IMG/VR virus record: IMGVR_UViG_3300042141_000203
DNA: 20,000 nucleotides
Direction: 5' to 3' (one strand)
From: an uncultured virus (IMG/VR IMGVR_UViG_3300042141_000203)
Taxonomy: Duplodnaviria > Heunggongvirae > Uroviricota > Caudoviricetes
Every line of letters starts with the position of its first letter. Position 1 is the stretch's first letter. This document shows, in pieces, positions 1 to 7,559 of the stretch. A program made the position numbers and the translations under genes. The notes beneath the pieces are model-generated. The model was not told the origin of the DNA, searched no databases, and saw only the letters and a list, made by a program, of their open reading frames with translations.

Positions 1-222
1 GGCCTGGTCACGAGCGGCGGCCAGCTCGGCGGCCGTCGCCGCGTCGCGGGCGGCCTGGTTGCCGGCCTCAAGCCGGCGAATAAGGTCGCGGGCCTCGTCG
101 CGAGTGTCGACCGTGGCGATCCACGAGCGGCGGCCGTCGGCCGTTACGCTTTCCACGTCAAAGAATGAAACGGCGCCGCGGCTGCGGGCGTCAGGGGTTC
201 GGATGATGCGATAGGCGGCCAT
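1..222 (-). CDS. hypothetical phage protein (partial, runs off window start)
   Basis: Manual translation from ATG at 222: MAAYRIIRTPDARSRGAVSFFDVESVTADGRRSWIATVDTRDEARDLIRRLEAG..., open to position 1; AGGA upstream on the minus strand. Confidence 0.65.
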   Translation of the reverse strand, partial: MAAYRIIRTPDARSRGAVSFFDVESVTADGRRSWIATVDTRDEARDLIRRLEAGNQAARDAATAAELAAARDQA

Positions 223-281
223 GGGTTCGGGTTCCTGGTTGGTTGGGGTTATGGGTTCGGAAACGGAAACGGGTTCGGGAT

Positions 282-509
282 TCACGAACGGCGAATGACA
301 ACGGCCGGGCGGCCGTTCACGAGCATGGGCGGCACCGGCGGCGGCACCGGGCACGGGCGGCACAAGGCCGCCGCGGCACGTTCACGGGCAAGGCCGGACG
401 GGGCGGCCAGCTCGGCGGCCAGCTCGTCCCGCCAGGCTTCGAGGGCCGCGGCGGAGTAGGTGAGGCCGGCCAGGATGGCACGAGCGAAAATGTCGGCAAG
501 TGGTTGCAT
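282..509 (-). CDS. small hypothetical protein
   Basis: 75 aa ORF co-oriented with neighbours; same CCCGAACCC-ATG upstream context as the gene starting at 222. Confidence 0.5.
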   Translation of the reverse strand: MQPLADIFARAILAGLTYSAAALEAWRDELAAELAAPSGLARERAAAALCRPCPVPPPVPPMLVNGRPAVVIRRS

Positions 510-595
510 GGGTTCGGGCTCCGTTCAAGGTTCCCCGCCGTTTCGACCCGCGGCGGGTTCGGGTTGTCGGTAGGTTGTCGCCGATGGGCGACAAT

Positions 596-1171
596 TCAAA
601 AGGGGGCGGGCTCCTGGTAGGCTCGGAAGCGGGGCCGGCCGGCCGTTGGGTGACGCTGGAAAAATGCCACGTCGGCCGCGGCCACGAGCCAGTTCCGGCC
701 GGCCTTACGGCCGCGGACCTTCCCGGCCTTGACGAGCTGGCGGAGCCATTGTTCGGTAATGTCGGCGGCCGCGGCGGCCTGGACGAGCGGCAGGTAGGTT
801 TCGGCCACGTCGCCGGCCGCGGCTAGGCGGTCGATGGTTTCCGCCATCACGTCGTCGGCCGGGCGGAGCGCAGGTGCTTCGCCGGCCAGCTCGTCGAAAA
901 GCTGGTCGGCAGTCATGCCACGGTCCGCCGCCGTCACGTCGAGCCCGGCAATATAGGTCGCATCGCCGCCGCTGAACGCGGCCCGGTGCGCGGCCTTGAA
1001 GTGGCCGCCGTGAACGTCGCCCCGCTGCGCCCGATACGCGTCTCGACGGGCGGCCGCGCGCCGCTCCACATCGGCGGCCTCGAGCCCGCGAGCCTCACGA
1101 TAGGCGGCCAGCACAACCGGCCATTCCAGGCCCGCGGCCGCCGCTCTTTCTTTGTGTTCGTTCGTGTTCAT
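596..1171 (-). CDS. protein with C-terminal excisionase/MerR-like winged HTH (HTH_17-like)
   Basis: C-terminal YLPLVQAAAAADITEQWLRQLVKAGKVRGRKAGRNWLV...GRPR resembles Xis-like DNA-binding domains. Confidence 0.7.
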   Translation of the reverse strand: MNTNEHKERAAAAGLEWPVVLAAYREARGLEAADVERRAAARRDAYRAQRGDVHGGHFKAAHRAAFSGGDATYIAGLDVTAADRGMTADQLFDELAGEAPALRPADDVMAETIDRLAAAGDVAETYLPLVQAAAAADITEQWLRQLVKAGKVRGRKAGRNWLVAAADVAFFQRHPTAGRPRFRAYQEPAPF

Positions 1172-1177
1172 GCCCTA

Positions 1178-1206
1178 TTTGTATCCCATCGGCAACATGG
1201 CGTCAA
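1178..1206 (-). promoter_or_regulatory. putative sigma70-type leftward promoter, probably giving a leaderless mRNA
   Basis: Minus strand TTGACG (1206-1201), 17 bp spacer, TACAAA (1183-1178), then 6 nt to the ATG at 1171; A/T tract at 1217-1231 in the UP-element position. Confidence 0.55.
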
Positions 1207-1508
1207 GTAGGGCAACAAAAAAAATTTTTTTCCGCACGTCAAGCGGGCGGCGCATGACGGACACTTGGTATCGTGAGAATCCGACCCGGCCGCGGGCGGG
1301 CTCGAGGCCTGGCCGCGGCAGGTCCGCCATCGGTCCGCGGCGGCCGCTGGTGCCAGCTCCAACGGCGGCCGGTCCGCCGGTCCGGTCCGCCATCGCGGCC
1401 GGCCATCGGGCGGACCTGGCCGGGCCCGGTGGCCGATGGCCGCCGATGGCGGCCGGCCTCACCTGGCCGATGGGCAGGAGCCCGGCGGCCACGTCACGAG
1501 CGGCCAGG

Positions 1509-1608
1509 CTATCGAAATACCATGGCCGGCCGGCCGGCGGCCTATCGAAATACTCGCGCGGCCGTTCGAAATACCCCCGTCGGGGGGTGGAGTGTACGAG
1601 CGTACACT
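1509..1608. repeat. three TCGAAATAC direct repeats plus a palindrome
   Basis: TCGAAATAC at 1512, 1545 and 1566; AGTGTACG-AG-CGTACACT at 1591-1608. Confidence 0.7.
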
Positions 1609-1784
1609 ACCGCGCGGCGGGTCCTTCCGCCGCGAAACGCGGCGGCCCCCCGGCTTCGAACTCCCCATGATGCCATTTTCCGTGCGCGCACCGGCGGCAA
1701 AAGCCCGCAAACTCCGCATCGTGCCGCTATTCGCGGCCCGACGGCGGGGCCCTTGAGCAGAACTGTCAAGGCCCGAAACCGGCA

Positions 1785-2699
1785 TCAACCGGCGGCGGCC
1801 GGCGGCCCCGACAGGGGCCGCGGCGATACCCCGCGCCGGGCGGCGGCGACCTGGGCGGGATCGACGTAGCTCGCGTAGGCGATCTTCGACCCAGGAGCGT
1901 GCCCAAGGTGCCGCGGGGCCGAGCCGGGTTCTTGGATTTCGCAATCGGTCGCCCCCGTGCGGCGAATCCACTTCCAGGTGCCCGTGCGAATCCCGGCCTT
2001 GGCGACCAAAAGCCGCATCTGGTCGGAAAAAGTCTCGTGCGACCCGATCCAGGGCGTCGCCAGCTCTCGAGGGCAGCGAACGAGCGACGCCCGCAAGGCG
2101 TCCATCGTGTCGGGAGCCAACTGGCACACGACCACTCGGCCGGTCTTGTTCTGCCCCCAGGCGACGATGCCGTCCTCGCTGATCTGATCGACGCGGAGCC
2201 GCTTCACTTGATCCTCCCAGCGGAGGCCGCTGTCGTAGGACACGCGGATCGCCAGCGCCCACCACTCCGAACGCCGCAGGCCGCAGCGGTGCCAGCGTGG
2301 CATGGACCGGCACGCAACCAGCAACCGCTCGATCTCCTCGCGCGTCCAGGCCACGGGGGCCTTCCACGGGACGCGGACGGGCCGCACGCGTCGCATCAAC
2401 GCCACCGGGTCACACAGGCCGTCGTCCACGGCCGACCGCCACAGGGACACGAGCTGCCGCCGCTTCGACCTGGCGGTCTGCGGGGCGACGGTCTTTCCGT
2501 ACTCGGCGATGAACTGCGACACGAGCGTCGCGTCCAGCTCGTCGAGCCGGACGTGGTGGCCGGCCCAGCGGTCAAAGAGGCGCACGGCGATCTCGTACTG
2601 CCGCACACTCTCGGCATCGAGCGGGTGCGTCAACGCGTAGGTCGCGATGTAGTCGGCGAGCGTCTGCGGTGTGGTCTGGCGAATCATGGGGCGAACCAT
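1785..2699 (-). CDS. int: tyrosine recombinase / phage integrase (start may be 2687)
   Basis: SAM-like N-terminus; catalytic pattern SGLR, NKTG, KWIRR (at the HxxR position), HLGH, YASYVD; adjacent to a tRNA-derived att core. Confidence 0.85.
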   Translation of the reverse strand: MVRPMIRQTTPQTLADYIATYALTHPLDAESVRQYEIAVRLFDRWAGHHVRLDELDATLVSQFIAEYGKTVAPQTARSKRRQLVSLWRSAVDDGLCDPVALMRRVRPVRVPWKAPVAWTREEIERLLVACRSMPRWHRCGLRRSEWWALAIRVSYDSGLRWEDQVKRLRVDQISEDGIVAWGQNKTGRVVVCQLAPDTMDALRASLVRCPRELATPWIGSHETFSDQMRLLVAKAGIRTGTWKWIRRTGATDCEIQEPGSAPRHLGHAPGSKIAYASYVDPAQVAAARRGVSPRPLSGPPAAAG

Positions 2700-2816
2700 T
2701 CATAGTTCGCGTTGTGCGGTAGGCGGGCCGCTCCATGCGGCACCGTTGGTCATGCCTTCTAGTTTGTGGTGAACAAATCAACACAACCGTCACAGGGGGC
2801 TAAACCCCCACATGCT

Positions 2817-2866
2817 GCATCGGTCTACGGAACCGAAGGTTGAAGGTTCGAGCCCTTCCGGGTGTA
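2817..2866 (+). mobile_element. attP core: 3' portion of tRNA-Arg(ACG)
   Basis: Anticodon arm TCGGT-CTACGGA-ACCGA, variable loop AGGTT, T arm GAAGG-TTCGAGC-CCTTC, acceptor 3' strand CGGGTGT-A; the 5' acceptor strand and D arm are absent; next to the integrase. Confidence 0.85.
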
Positions 2867-2870
2867 TCGG

Positions 2871-2898
2871 CTCCGCAGTTCACCCTAGGACTGCGGAG
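2871..2898 (+). terminator. hairpin directly after the tRNA fragment
   Basis: CTCCGCAGT...ACTGCGGAG perfect 9 bp stem; no U tract. Confidence 0.5.
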
Positions 2899-2930
2899 TC
2901 GTGAAAGCAAATGATTTCACGGAGGGCGTC

Positions 2931-3230
2931 ATGCCGCACGTTCACGCCGCAGGAAAAACGGGCAGGCCGAGGAGCTGGCAGCCGTGCCAGATTGGGCGGA
3001 ATATCGAAAGTGTCTGCGGTCGCCGCGGGGTCCGGCTAGAGGACCTGGCAAGTTCCGCCGGGGTCAGCCTGCCGACCCTGTACCGCATCGTGGGCGGCCT
3101 CACGCCGGACCCCAAGGTATCGACGCTAAAAGCTATTGCCGACTCCCTCGACGTAACCGTGGATCGGCTGATTAGGAAAACAGCGGAGCCAGCCCGCGGG
3201 CGGACTCGATCCGTTCGCAGGCCAGCTTGA
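2931..3230 (+). CDS. XRE-family HTH transcriptional regulator (candidate repressor)
   Basis: LEDLASSAGVSLPTLYRIVGGLTPDPKVSTLKAIADSLDVTVDRLI; GGAGG RBS before ATG 2931; no S24 peptidase domain. Confidence 0.85.
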   Translation: MPHVHAAGKTGRPRSWQPCQIGRNIESVCGRRGVRLEDLASSAGVSLPTLYRIVGGLTPDPKVSTLKAIADSLDVTVDRLIRKTAEPARGRTRSVRRPA

Positions 3231-4395
3231 CGTATTCGGGATTGAGTTCGCAGCCGATGCCGCTCCTGCCAAGCTCGGCGGCAACGGCCAGCGTTGTTCC
3301 GCTGCCGGCGAACGGGTCCAGCACAACGCACGGCACAGACTTTCCGGCATAGCACTGGCAGCCGGCCCGCCAGCCGGTAGTCGTTGTCTGCGTAACGTGT
3401 CGCTGCGGGTCGCGATTGCCGACGTGAAGATGATTCCAGCCGGCAGGCGGAGCGGCCTCATGATGCTTTCCGACTTTCGTGTCCAGCCCCGGCCGAGTCG
3501 CAAGCCGGGACTTCTCCACGACCCGCTCGAGCGGCGAGAGGCACGACGGGCAGCAACCCTCCTCGCTCGTGCCCGCCTTGATGCACGGTGCCACAAGGCC
3601 GGGAGGCATGGTGGCAAAGTGCGCACCCTTGTACGGTTTTGTCGCCACCGTCCAGACAGAGCGGCGATTGCGGGTGTCTCCGCGAAAAACGACGGTTCCT
3701 GGCACCTGATTTCCAGACGGCTTACGGTTCATACCGGCAGCCTGATAGCCGCCACCTCCGTGATCGACAGTAACGCGAGACTCACCGGCCGTTAGCGCCG
3801 CCTCGCTCACAGCCTCCGCGTCGTAGAAATACCGCTCGCTCTTGGTGAGCAGAAAAACGTATTCGTGCGCCTTCGTGCAGCGGTCGCGCACGCTCTCGGG
3901 CATCGGGTTGGGCTTGTGCCAAATGATGTCCTGCCGCAGCCACCAGCCATCCGCCTGCAACGCGAAAGCGACGCGCCACGGGATGCCTACGAGGTCTTTG
4001 GCTTTCAGTCCAGGCGGCGTGTATCCGGGCCTTGCCTTCTTTCTGGCCTCTCCTTCGCGGACAGAAAATGCGTTCATCGCTCCCCAGGACTCGCCTTCCG
4101 CTCGCCGCTGGTTACATGGAGCATCGGGTGCGTACCCGCCTCCGCCGCAGTACGAATCTCCGAGGTTCAGCCACAGCGTCCCGTCCTCGCGCAGCACGCG
4201 ACGCACCTCGCGGAACACTTCCACCATGCGGGCAACGTAGGCTTCCGGCGTGGACTCCAAGCCGATCTGCCCGTCGTGGCCGTAGTCCCGCAAGCCCCAG
4301 TAGGGCGGCGACGTGACGCAACAGTGAACGCTCGCGTCGGGCAGCGTCCGCAATCCTGCGATGCAGTCGCCCTCGATAACTCTGTGCGCAGTCAT
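3172..4395 (-). CDS. DNA N4-cytosine/N6-adenine methyltransferase (beta class)
   Basis: N-terminal VTSPPYW catalytic motif, C-terminal VLDPFAGSGTT SAM-binding motif, WHKPNPMPES..DRCT..HEY; GGAAAGGA RBS. Confidence 0.93.
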   Translation of the reverse strand: MTAHRVIEGDCIAGLRTLPDASVHCCVTSPPYWGLRDYGHDGQIGLESTPEAYVARMVEVFREVRRVLREDGTLWLNLGDSYCGGGGYAPDAPCNQRRAEGESWGAMNAFSVREGEARKKARPGYTPPGLKAKDLVGIPWRVAFALQADGWWLRQDIIWHKPNPMPESVRDRCTKAHEYVFLLTKSERYFYDAEAVSEAALTAGESRVTVDHGGGGYQAAGMNRKPSGNQVPGTVVFRGDTRNRRSVWTVATKPYKGAHFATMPPGLVAPCIKAGTSEEGCCPSCLSPLERVVEKSRLATRPGLDTKVGKHHEAAPPAGWNHLHVGNRDPQRHVTQTTTTGWRAGCQCYAGKSVPCVVLDPFAGSGTTLAVAAELGRSGIGCELNPEYVKLACERIESARGLAPLFS

Positions 4396-4438
4396 GGCGG
4401 ATTCCTTTCCTGCCACGATTTCTAGGCCACTGCACACG

Positions 4439-4492
4439 TTTTTGCAAGTTTGCGAAAATGCCCTTGACAGGTTTTCTCATGCCCGCAAGAAT
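4439..4492 (+). promoter_or_regulatory. rightward early promoter with adjacent operator-like palindrome
   Basis: TTGACA (4464-4469), 17 bp spacer, AAGAAT (4487-4492); TTTTTGCAA-GT-TTGCGAAAA palindrome at 4439-4458. Confidence 0.6.
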
Positions 4493-4501
4493 CCCTCCCA
4501 A

Positions 4502-4600
4502 CATCAGCCAAGGCGGCTGATGGAACCAATGGCGAGGGATTGCCGATGGCTTGGTTCAGTGGCAGGAAGCCGACGGCGGCCCTCCTTTCTCATGGAGGCC
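4502..4600 (+). promoter_or_regulatory. structured 5' leader with GGA-loop hairpins and an anti-SD hairpin
   Basis: Stems 4502-4509/4515-4522, 4523-4529/4551-4557, 4531-4535/4540-4544 (GGGA loop), 4561-4563/4569-4571 (AGGAA loop), CCTCC 4581-4585 pairing with GGAGG 4594-4598. Confidence 0.55.
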
Positions 4601-4603
4601 GAA

Positions 4604-4822
4604 ATGGAACGCGACGGATCGCGGCTCGCAGTAACGGACGACGACGAGGCGGGGCGGCTGCCTCACGAGCCAACCAGGGCCGAAATCCGCGAGGCGTGCG
4701 AGCGGATACGCGCAGGGTGGTCCCCGCGAATGTTGCGGGTGCGGGCGGGCATAACTCTCTGCAGACTGCAATCTCCGGTTTGCCCTTTCACGGCAGAAGG
4801 GCGGCCCTTGCTGATCGAGTGA
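4604..4822 (+). CDS. hypothetical protein
   Basis: GGAGG RBS; EPTRAEIREACERIRAGWS; translationally coupled (GTGA) to the next gene. Confidence 0.65.
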   Translation: MERDGSRLAVTDDDEAGRLPHEPTRAEIREACERIRAGWSPRMLRVRAGITLCRLQSPVCPFTAEGRPLLIE

Positions 4823-5082
4823 TCCAGGTGGCAACCGTGCTCGGTAACCGTGCCCAGCTCGCGCGGCGCACGGTGCCGGCCACGGGGCCGGCGGAGTGGG
4901 CTCCGATCGACCTGACGATCGACCAGCGGATCGCGGCCTCTGACCCGGCCGGGTTCCACGACGCGATCGTCGAGGCGATCGGCTACCTGACGGCGGCGGC
5001 TGACGAGATCGAGCGGGCCGTGATAGGTCCGGCGATGCGCGGCAGCCTGGCCCGGCTCGCGGCACTCAAGGAGGAAAACTAG
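4819..5082 (+). CDS. hypothetical protein
   Basis: GTG start overlapping the upstream stop; ends immediately before csrA. Confidence 0.65.
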   Translation: MIQVATVLGNRAQLARRTVPATGPAEWAPIDLTIDQRIAASDPAGFHDAIVEAIGYLTAAADEIERAVIGPAMRGSLARLAALKEEN

Positions 5083-5313
5083 GTGCTCGTCCTGACGCGA
5101 AAGGCTGCGGAGTCGGTCGTTTTCCCGGCCCTCAACATCACCGTGACGGTCGTGGACATTCGCGGCGATCGGGTGCGGCTTGGGATTTCTGGAGATAGCA
5201 GCATCGTCGCCATGCGCGACGAGCTGCTGGAGCGAATGACGAAGCGTGAATTGGGTGAGTTCTTGGAGCGGAAGGCCATGGAGGCGAGGAACGATGCTGG
5301 CACTGACCTATGA
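5083..5313 (+). CDS. csrA: carbon storage regulator CsrA/RsmA homolog
   Basis: MLVLTRK..ES.....ITVTVVDIRGDRVRLGI......MRDEL matches the CsrA consensus including the R44-equivalent; AAGGAGG RBS. Confidence 0.88.
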   Translation: MLVLTRKAAESVVFPALNITVTVVDIRGDRVRLGISGDSSIVAMRDELLERMTKRELGEFLERKAMEARNDAGTDL

Positions 5314-5515
5314 ACAGCGGGACGCGGAGCAGCGGGTCGCCACGAGGACCGCGAGGTTGCTCGAGGTCTATCACGCGGCAAAGCGGTTGACGGACGGCAT
5401 GAAGCGGATCGGCAACAAGGAGTACGAGGTCGAACCGGCCGCAGTGCTCTCGCTGCGGACGACGCTCACGGAAGCAGGGTTGTTTCTTCTCAAGGAAAGG
5501 AGACTCGAAAAATGA
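5294..5515 (+). CDS. hypothetical protein
   Basis: GAGGA RBS; ATGA overlap with the downstream ATPase. Confidence 0.65.
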   Translation: MLALTYEQRDAEQRVATRTARLLEVYHAAKRLTDGMKRIGNKEYEVEPAAVLSLRTTLTEAGLFLLKERRLEK

Positions 5516-6447
5516 CGATTCAGATTCGCAAGGCTCGCCGCTCGGCGACCAAGCTCCGCCTACTGCTGACCGGGCCGTCCGGCAGCGGAAAGACGTTCGG
5601 CGGCCTGCTGGTCGCCAAGGGGCTCGGCTGCCAGAACATCATCGTGATCGACACGGAGCAAGGGTCGAGCGATCTGTACGATTCGCTGGTCCCGTTCCAG
5701 GTGATCGACCTGGCACCGCCGTTCACCCCGGAAGCCTACATCGAGGCGATCGACGCCGCGGAGCAGGCCGGGGCCGACGCCATAATCGTCGACTCCATCA
5801 GTCACGAGTGGAACGGCAAGGGCGGGTGCCTGGAGCTGGTGGACGAGTTGGCGCGGGCGAAGTTCCGCGGCAATACCTGGTCCGCCTACAGCGAAGTGAC
5901 GCCGCGGCACCGGGCGTTTATCGACCGGATGCTCCGATCCAGTGCCCACGTCATCGCCACGTCGCGGTCCAAGACCGAAACCGCCCAGGTGGACGAGGGC
6001 GGCAAGAAGAAGGTGGTGAAGCTCGGCATGAAGGCCGAGACGCGCGACGGGGTGGAATACGAGTTCACCTGCTGCCTCGATCTTGTCCACGACGGGCATT
6101 TCGCGGTGGCGAGCAAGGACCGGACGGGCCTATTCGGTGGCGACCCGAAGGCCATCACGGTCGAAACCGGACAACGGCTTGCCGCGTGGCTGGCCGGTGG
6201 CGAGGCCCTGCGGAATGTCGAGCCCGCAGCGGCCTCGTCCACGAAACAACGGTCGGTATGGCACGGCAAGGGTCTGTCGCTGCTGCAGAAGGCCACGACG
6301 ACGGCGGAGGTTACCGACGCCGCCAAGCGGATCGACGCCCGCCTGCACAGCGGCGACCTGTCGCAAGAGGAGTGGGACGACCTTCACGAGCTGGTCGATC
6401 GCCGGCTGCATGAACTGTGCGCGACCGTGGAGGCCGCCAGTGAATAG
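5512..6447 (+). CDS. AAA_24 / Sak4-like P-loop ATPase (phage recombination protein)
   Basis: Walker A GPSGSGKT, IDTE, Walker B IIVDS, EYEF and KDRT motifs; followed by an SSB-like gene. Confidence 0.88.
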   Translation: MTIQIRKARRSATKLRLLLTGPSGSGKTFGGLLVAKGLGCQNIIVIDTEQGSSDLYDSLVPFQVIDLAPPFTPEAYIEAIDAAEQAGADAIIVDSISHEWNGKGGCLELVDELARAKFRGNTWSAYSEVTPRHRAFIDRMLRSSAHVIATSRSKTETAQVDEGGKKKVVKLGMKAETRDGVEYEFTCCLDLVHDGHFAVASKDRTGLFGGDPKAITVETGQRLAAWLAGGEALRNVEPAAASSTKQRSVWHGKGLSLLQKATTTAEVTDAAKRIDARLHSGDLSQEEWDDLHELVDRRLHELCATVEAASE

Positions 6448-6619
6448 CCCCGAAGAACTTGCGAACGCCAGGGCCAAGGCCCTCGAGCTGATAGCCGCGG
6501 TCAACAAGGGCGAAATGAGCCTCGACCGGGCCTTGGACGCGATCGTGGAAGTGTGGACGGGACAGGCCAGCCGCATCGTGCGGGTGGGTGAGACTCACAA
6601 ACCGGAGGTGCAGACGTGA
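6440..6619 (+). CDS. small hypothetical protein
   Basis: GTG start with GGAGG RBS; overlaps both neighbours in operon fashion. Confidence 0.6.
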   Translation: MNSPEELANARAKALELIAAVNKGEMSLDRALDAIVEVWTGQASRIVRVGETHKPEVQT

Positions 6620-7113
6620 GATTCGATCAGCTCTGGAAGGAACCAGCGGCCCAGCAGGTGCCGGCGGAAAGCCTGCCGCACGTTCCCGACGGAACGCACG
6701 TCGGCGAAATCAAGTTCGTTGACGAGCGAACGAAGGACTTCGTGAAGTGCGAGGCGAATCCGCAGGGGCACGTCATCCTTGTGCTCGTGGAAGTCTCGGG
6801 GTTCGCCCCGTTCTTCACCGACGTTCCGGCCCATCATCGCGGTGCCGTCGAGGCCCTGTGTCGTTCCGCCGGTGTGGACCCGCCGGACCCGTCGGCCGAT
6901 TGGGACTGCCGCGTCCTCAAGGGCCGCACGGTGACGATGGAAACCGTCCACGGGGTCGGCAAGACGGGCAAGGACTACATACGCGTCGAGCGGTGGAAGC
7001 CGGGGCCGAAGCCGTTGCCGGCGGAAGTGCGCAACACTCCGCCGCGGACGCCTGCGAAGAAGGCCGACGCCATCGTGAAGGCGAACGGCGGCGACGACGA
7101 CATTCCTTTTTGA
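6616..7113 (+). CDS. putative single-stranded DNA-binding protein (DUF669-like)
   Basis: Acidic C-terminal DDDIPF tail; position just after the Sak4-like ATPase. Confidence 0.7.
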   Translation: MRFDQLWKEPAAQQVPAESLPHVPDGTHVGEIKFVDERTKDFVKCEANPQGHVILVLVEVSGFAPFFTDVPAHHRGAVEALCRSAGVDPPDPSADWDCRVLKGRTVTMETVHGVGKTGKDYIRVERWKPGPKPLPAEVRNTPPRTPAKKADAIVKANGGDDDIPF

Positions 7114-7124
7114 AAGGGGCCAGG

Positions 7125-7382
7125 ATGGCGACTCTCTACAAGATCAACGTGATGGATACGGGTTGCGGAGGAACATGGGCATCTTCCGGCGAGTCGTTAC
7201 TGGTCGAGGGCCGGCAGATGGTTCGGCTGCCGCATGGTGCCATCCTGCCTGCCGACGGCTATCACGACACGATGGCCGCGGCCAAGCGAGCCGCGGCTGA
7301 CGAGATCGACGCTATTTGCCTGTCCCTGTCGAAGCAGGCTGCGAATCTGCGGCAGGAGGCCGGTGGGGAGCGTATGGCGTGA
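7125..7382 (+). CDS. hypothetical protein
   Basis: ATG 7125 after AAGGGG; MATLYKINVMD... 85 aa. Confidence 0.65.
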   Translation: MATLYKINVMDTGCGGTWASSGESLLVEGRQMVRLPHGAILPADGYHDTMAAAKRAAADEIDAICLSLSKQAANLRQEAGGERMA

Positions 7383-7559
7383 ACCTGCGAAAGCCCCGCC
7401 GTGGGTGTAGTGGCAGTTGGTCATCCTGCCGCATCGGCCGCCAAGCAGTGAGAGGCGACGTATCCGCTGCAGCCGCCGACGCCTATCCGGGGCGGGCGAC
7501 GGCAACCGCCCTCGAGCGGCGGGCCCGTGCGAGCCGGGCCGGGCGGGATGGAGGAAGCC

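Noticed and set aside
1152..1869. Several overlapping ORFs between the HTH gene and the integrase
   Set aside because: Low-complexity Arg/Pro/Gly/Ala translations without an RBS; the region looks noncoding
1785..2699. Integron integrase IntI serving the attC sites
   Set aside because: Lacks the IntI-specific insertion and motifs, lies 7 kb from the array, and is adjacent to a tRNA-type attP
2790..2870. Complete tRNA-Arg gene
   Set aside because: No 5' acceptor strand or D arm; only the 3' portion is present, consistent with an att core
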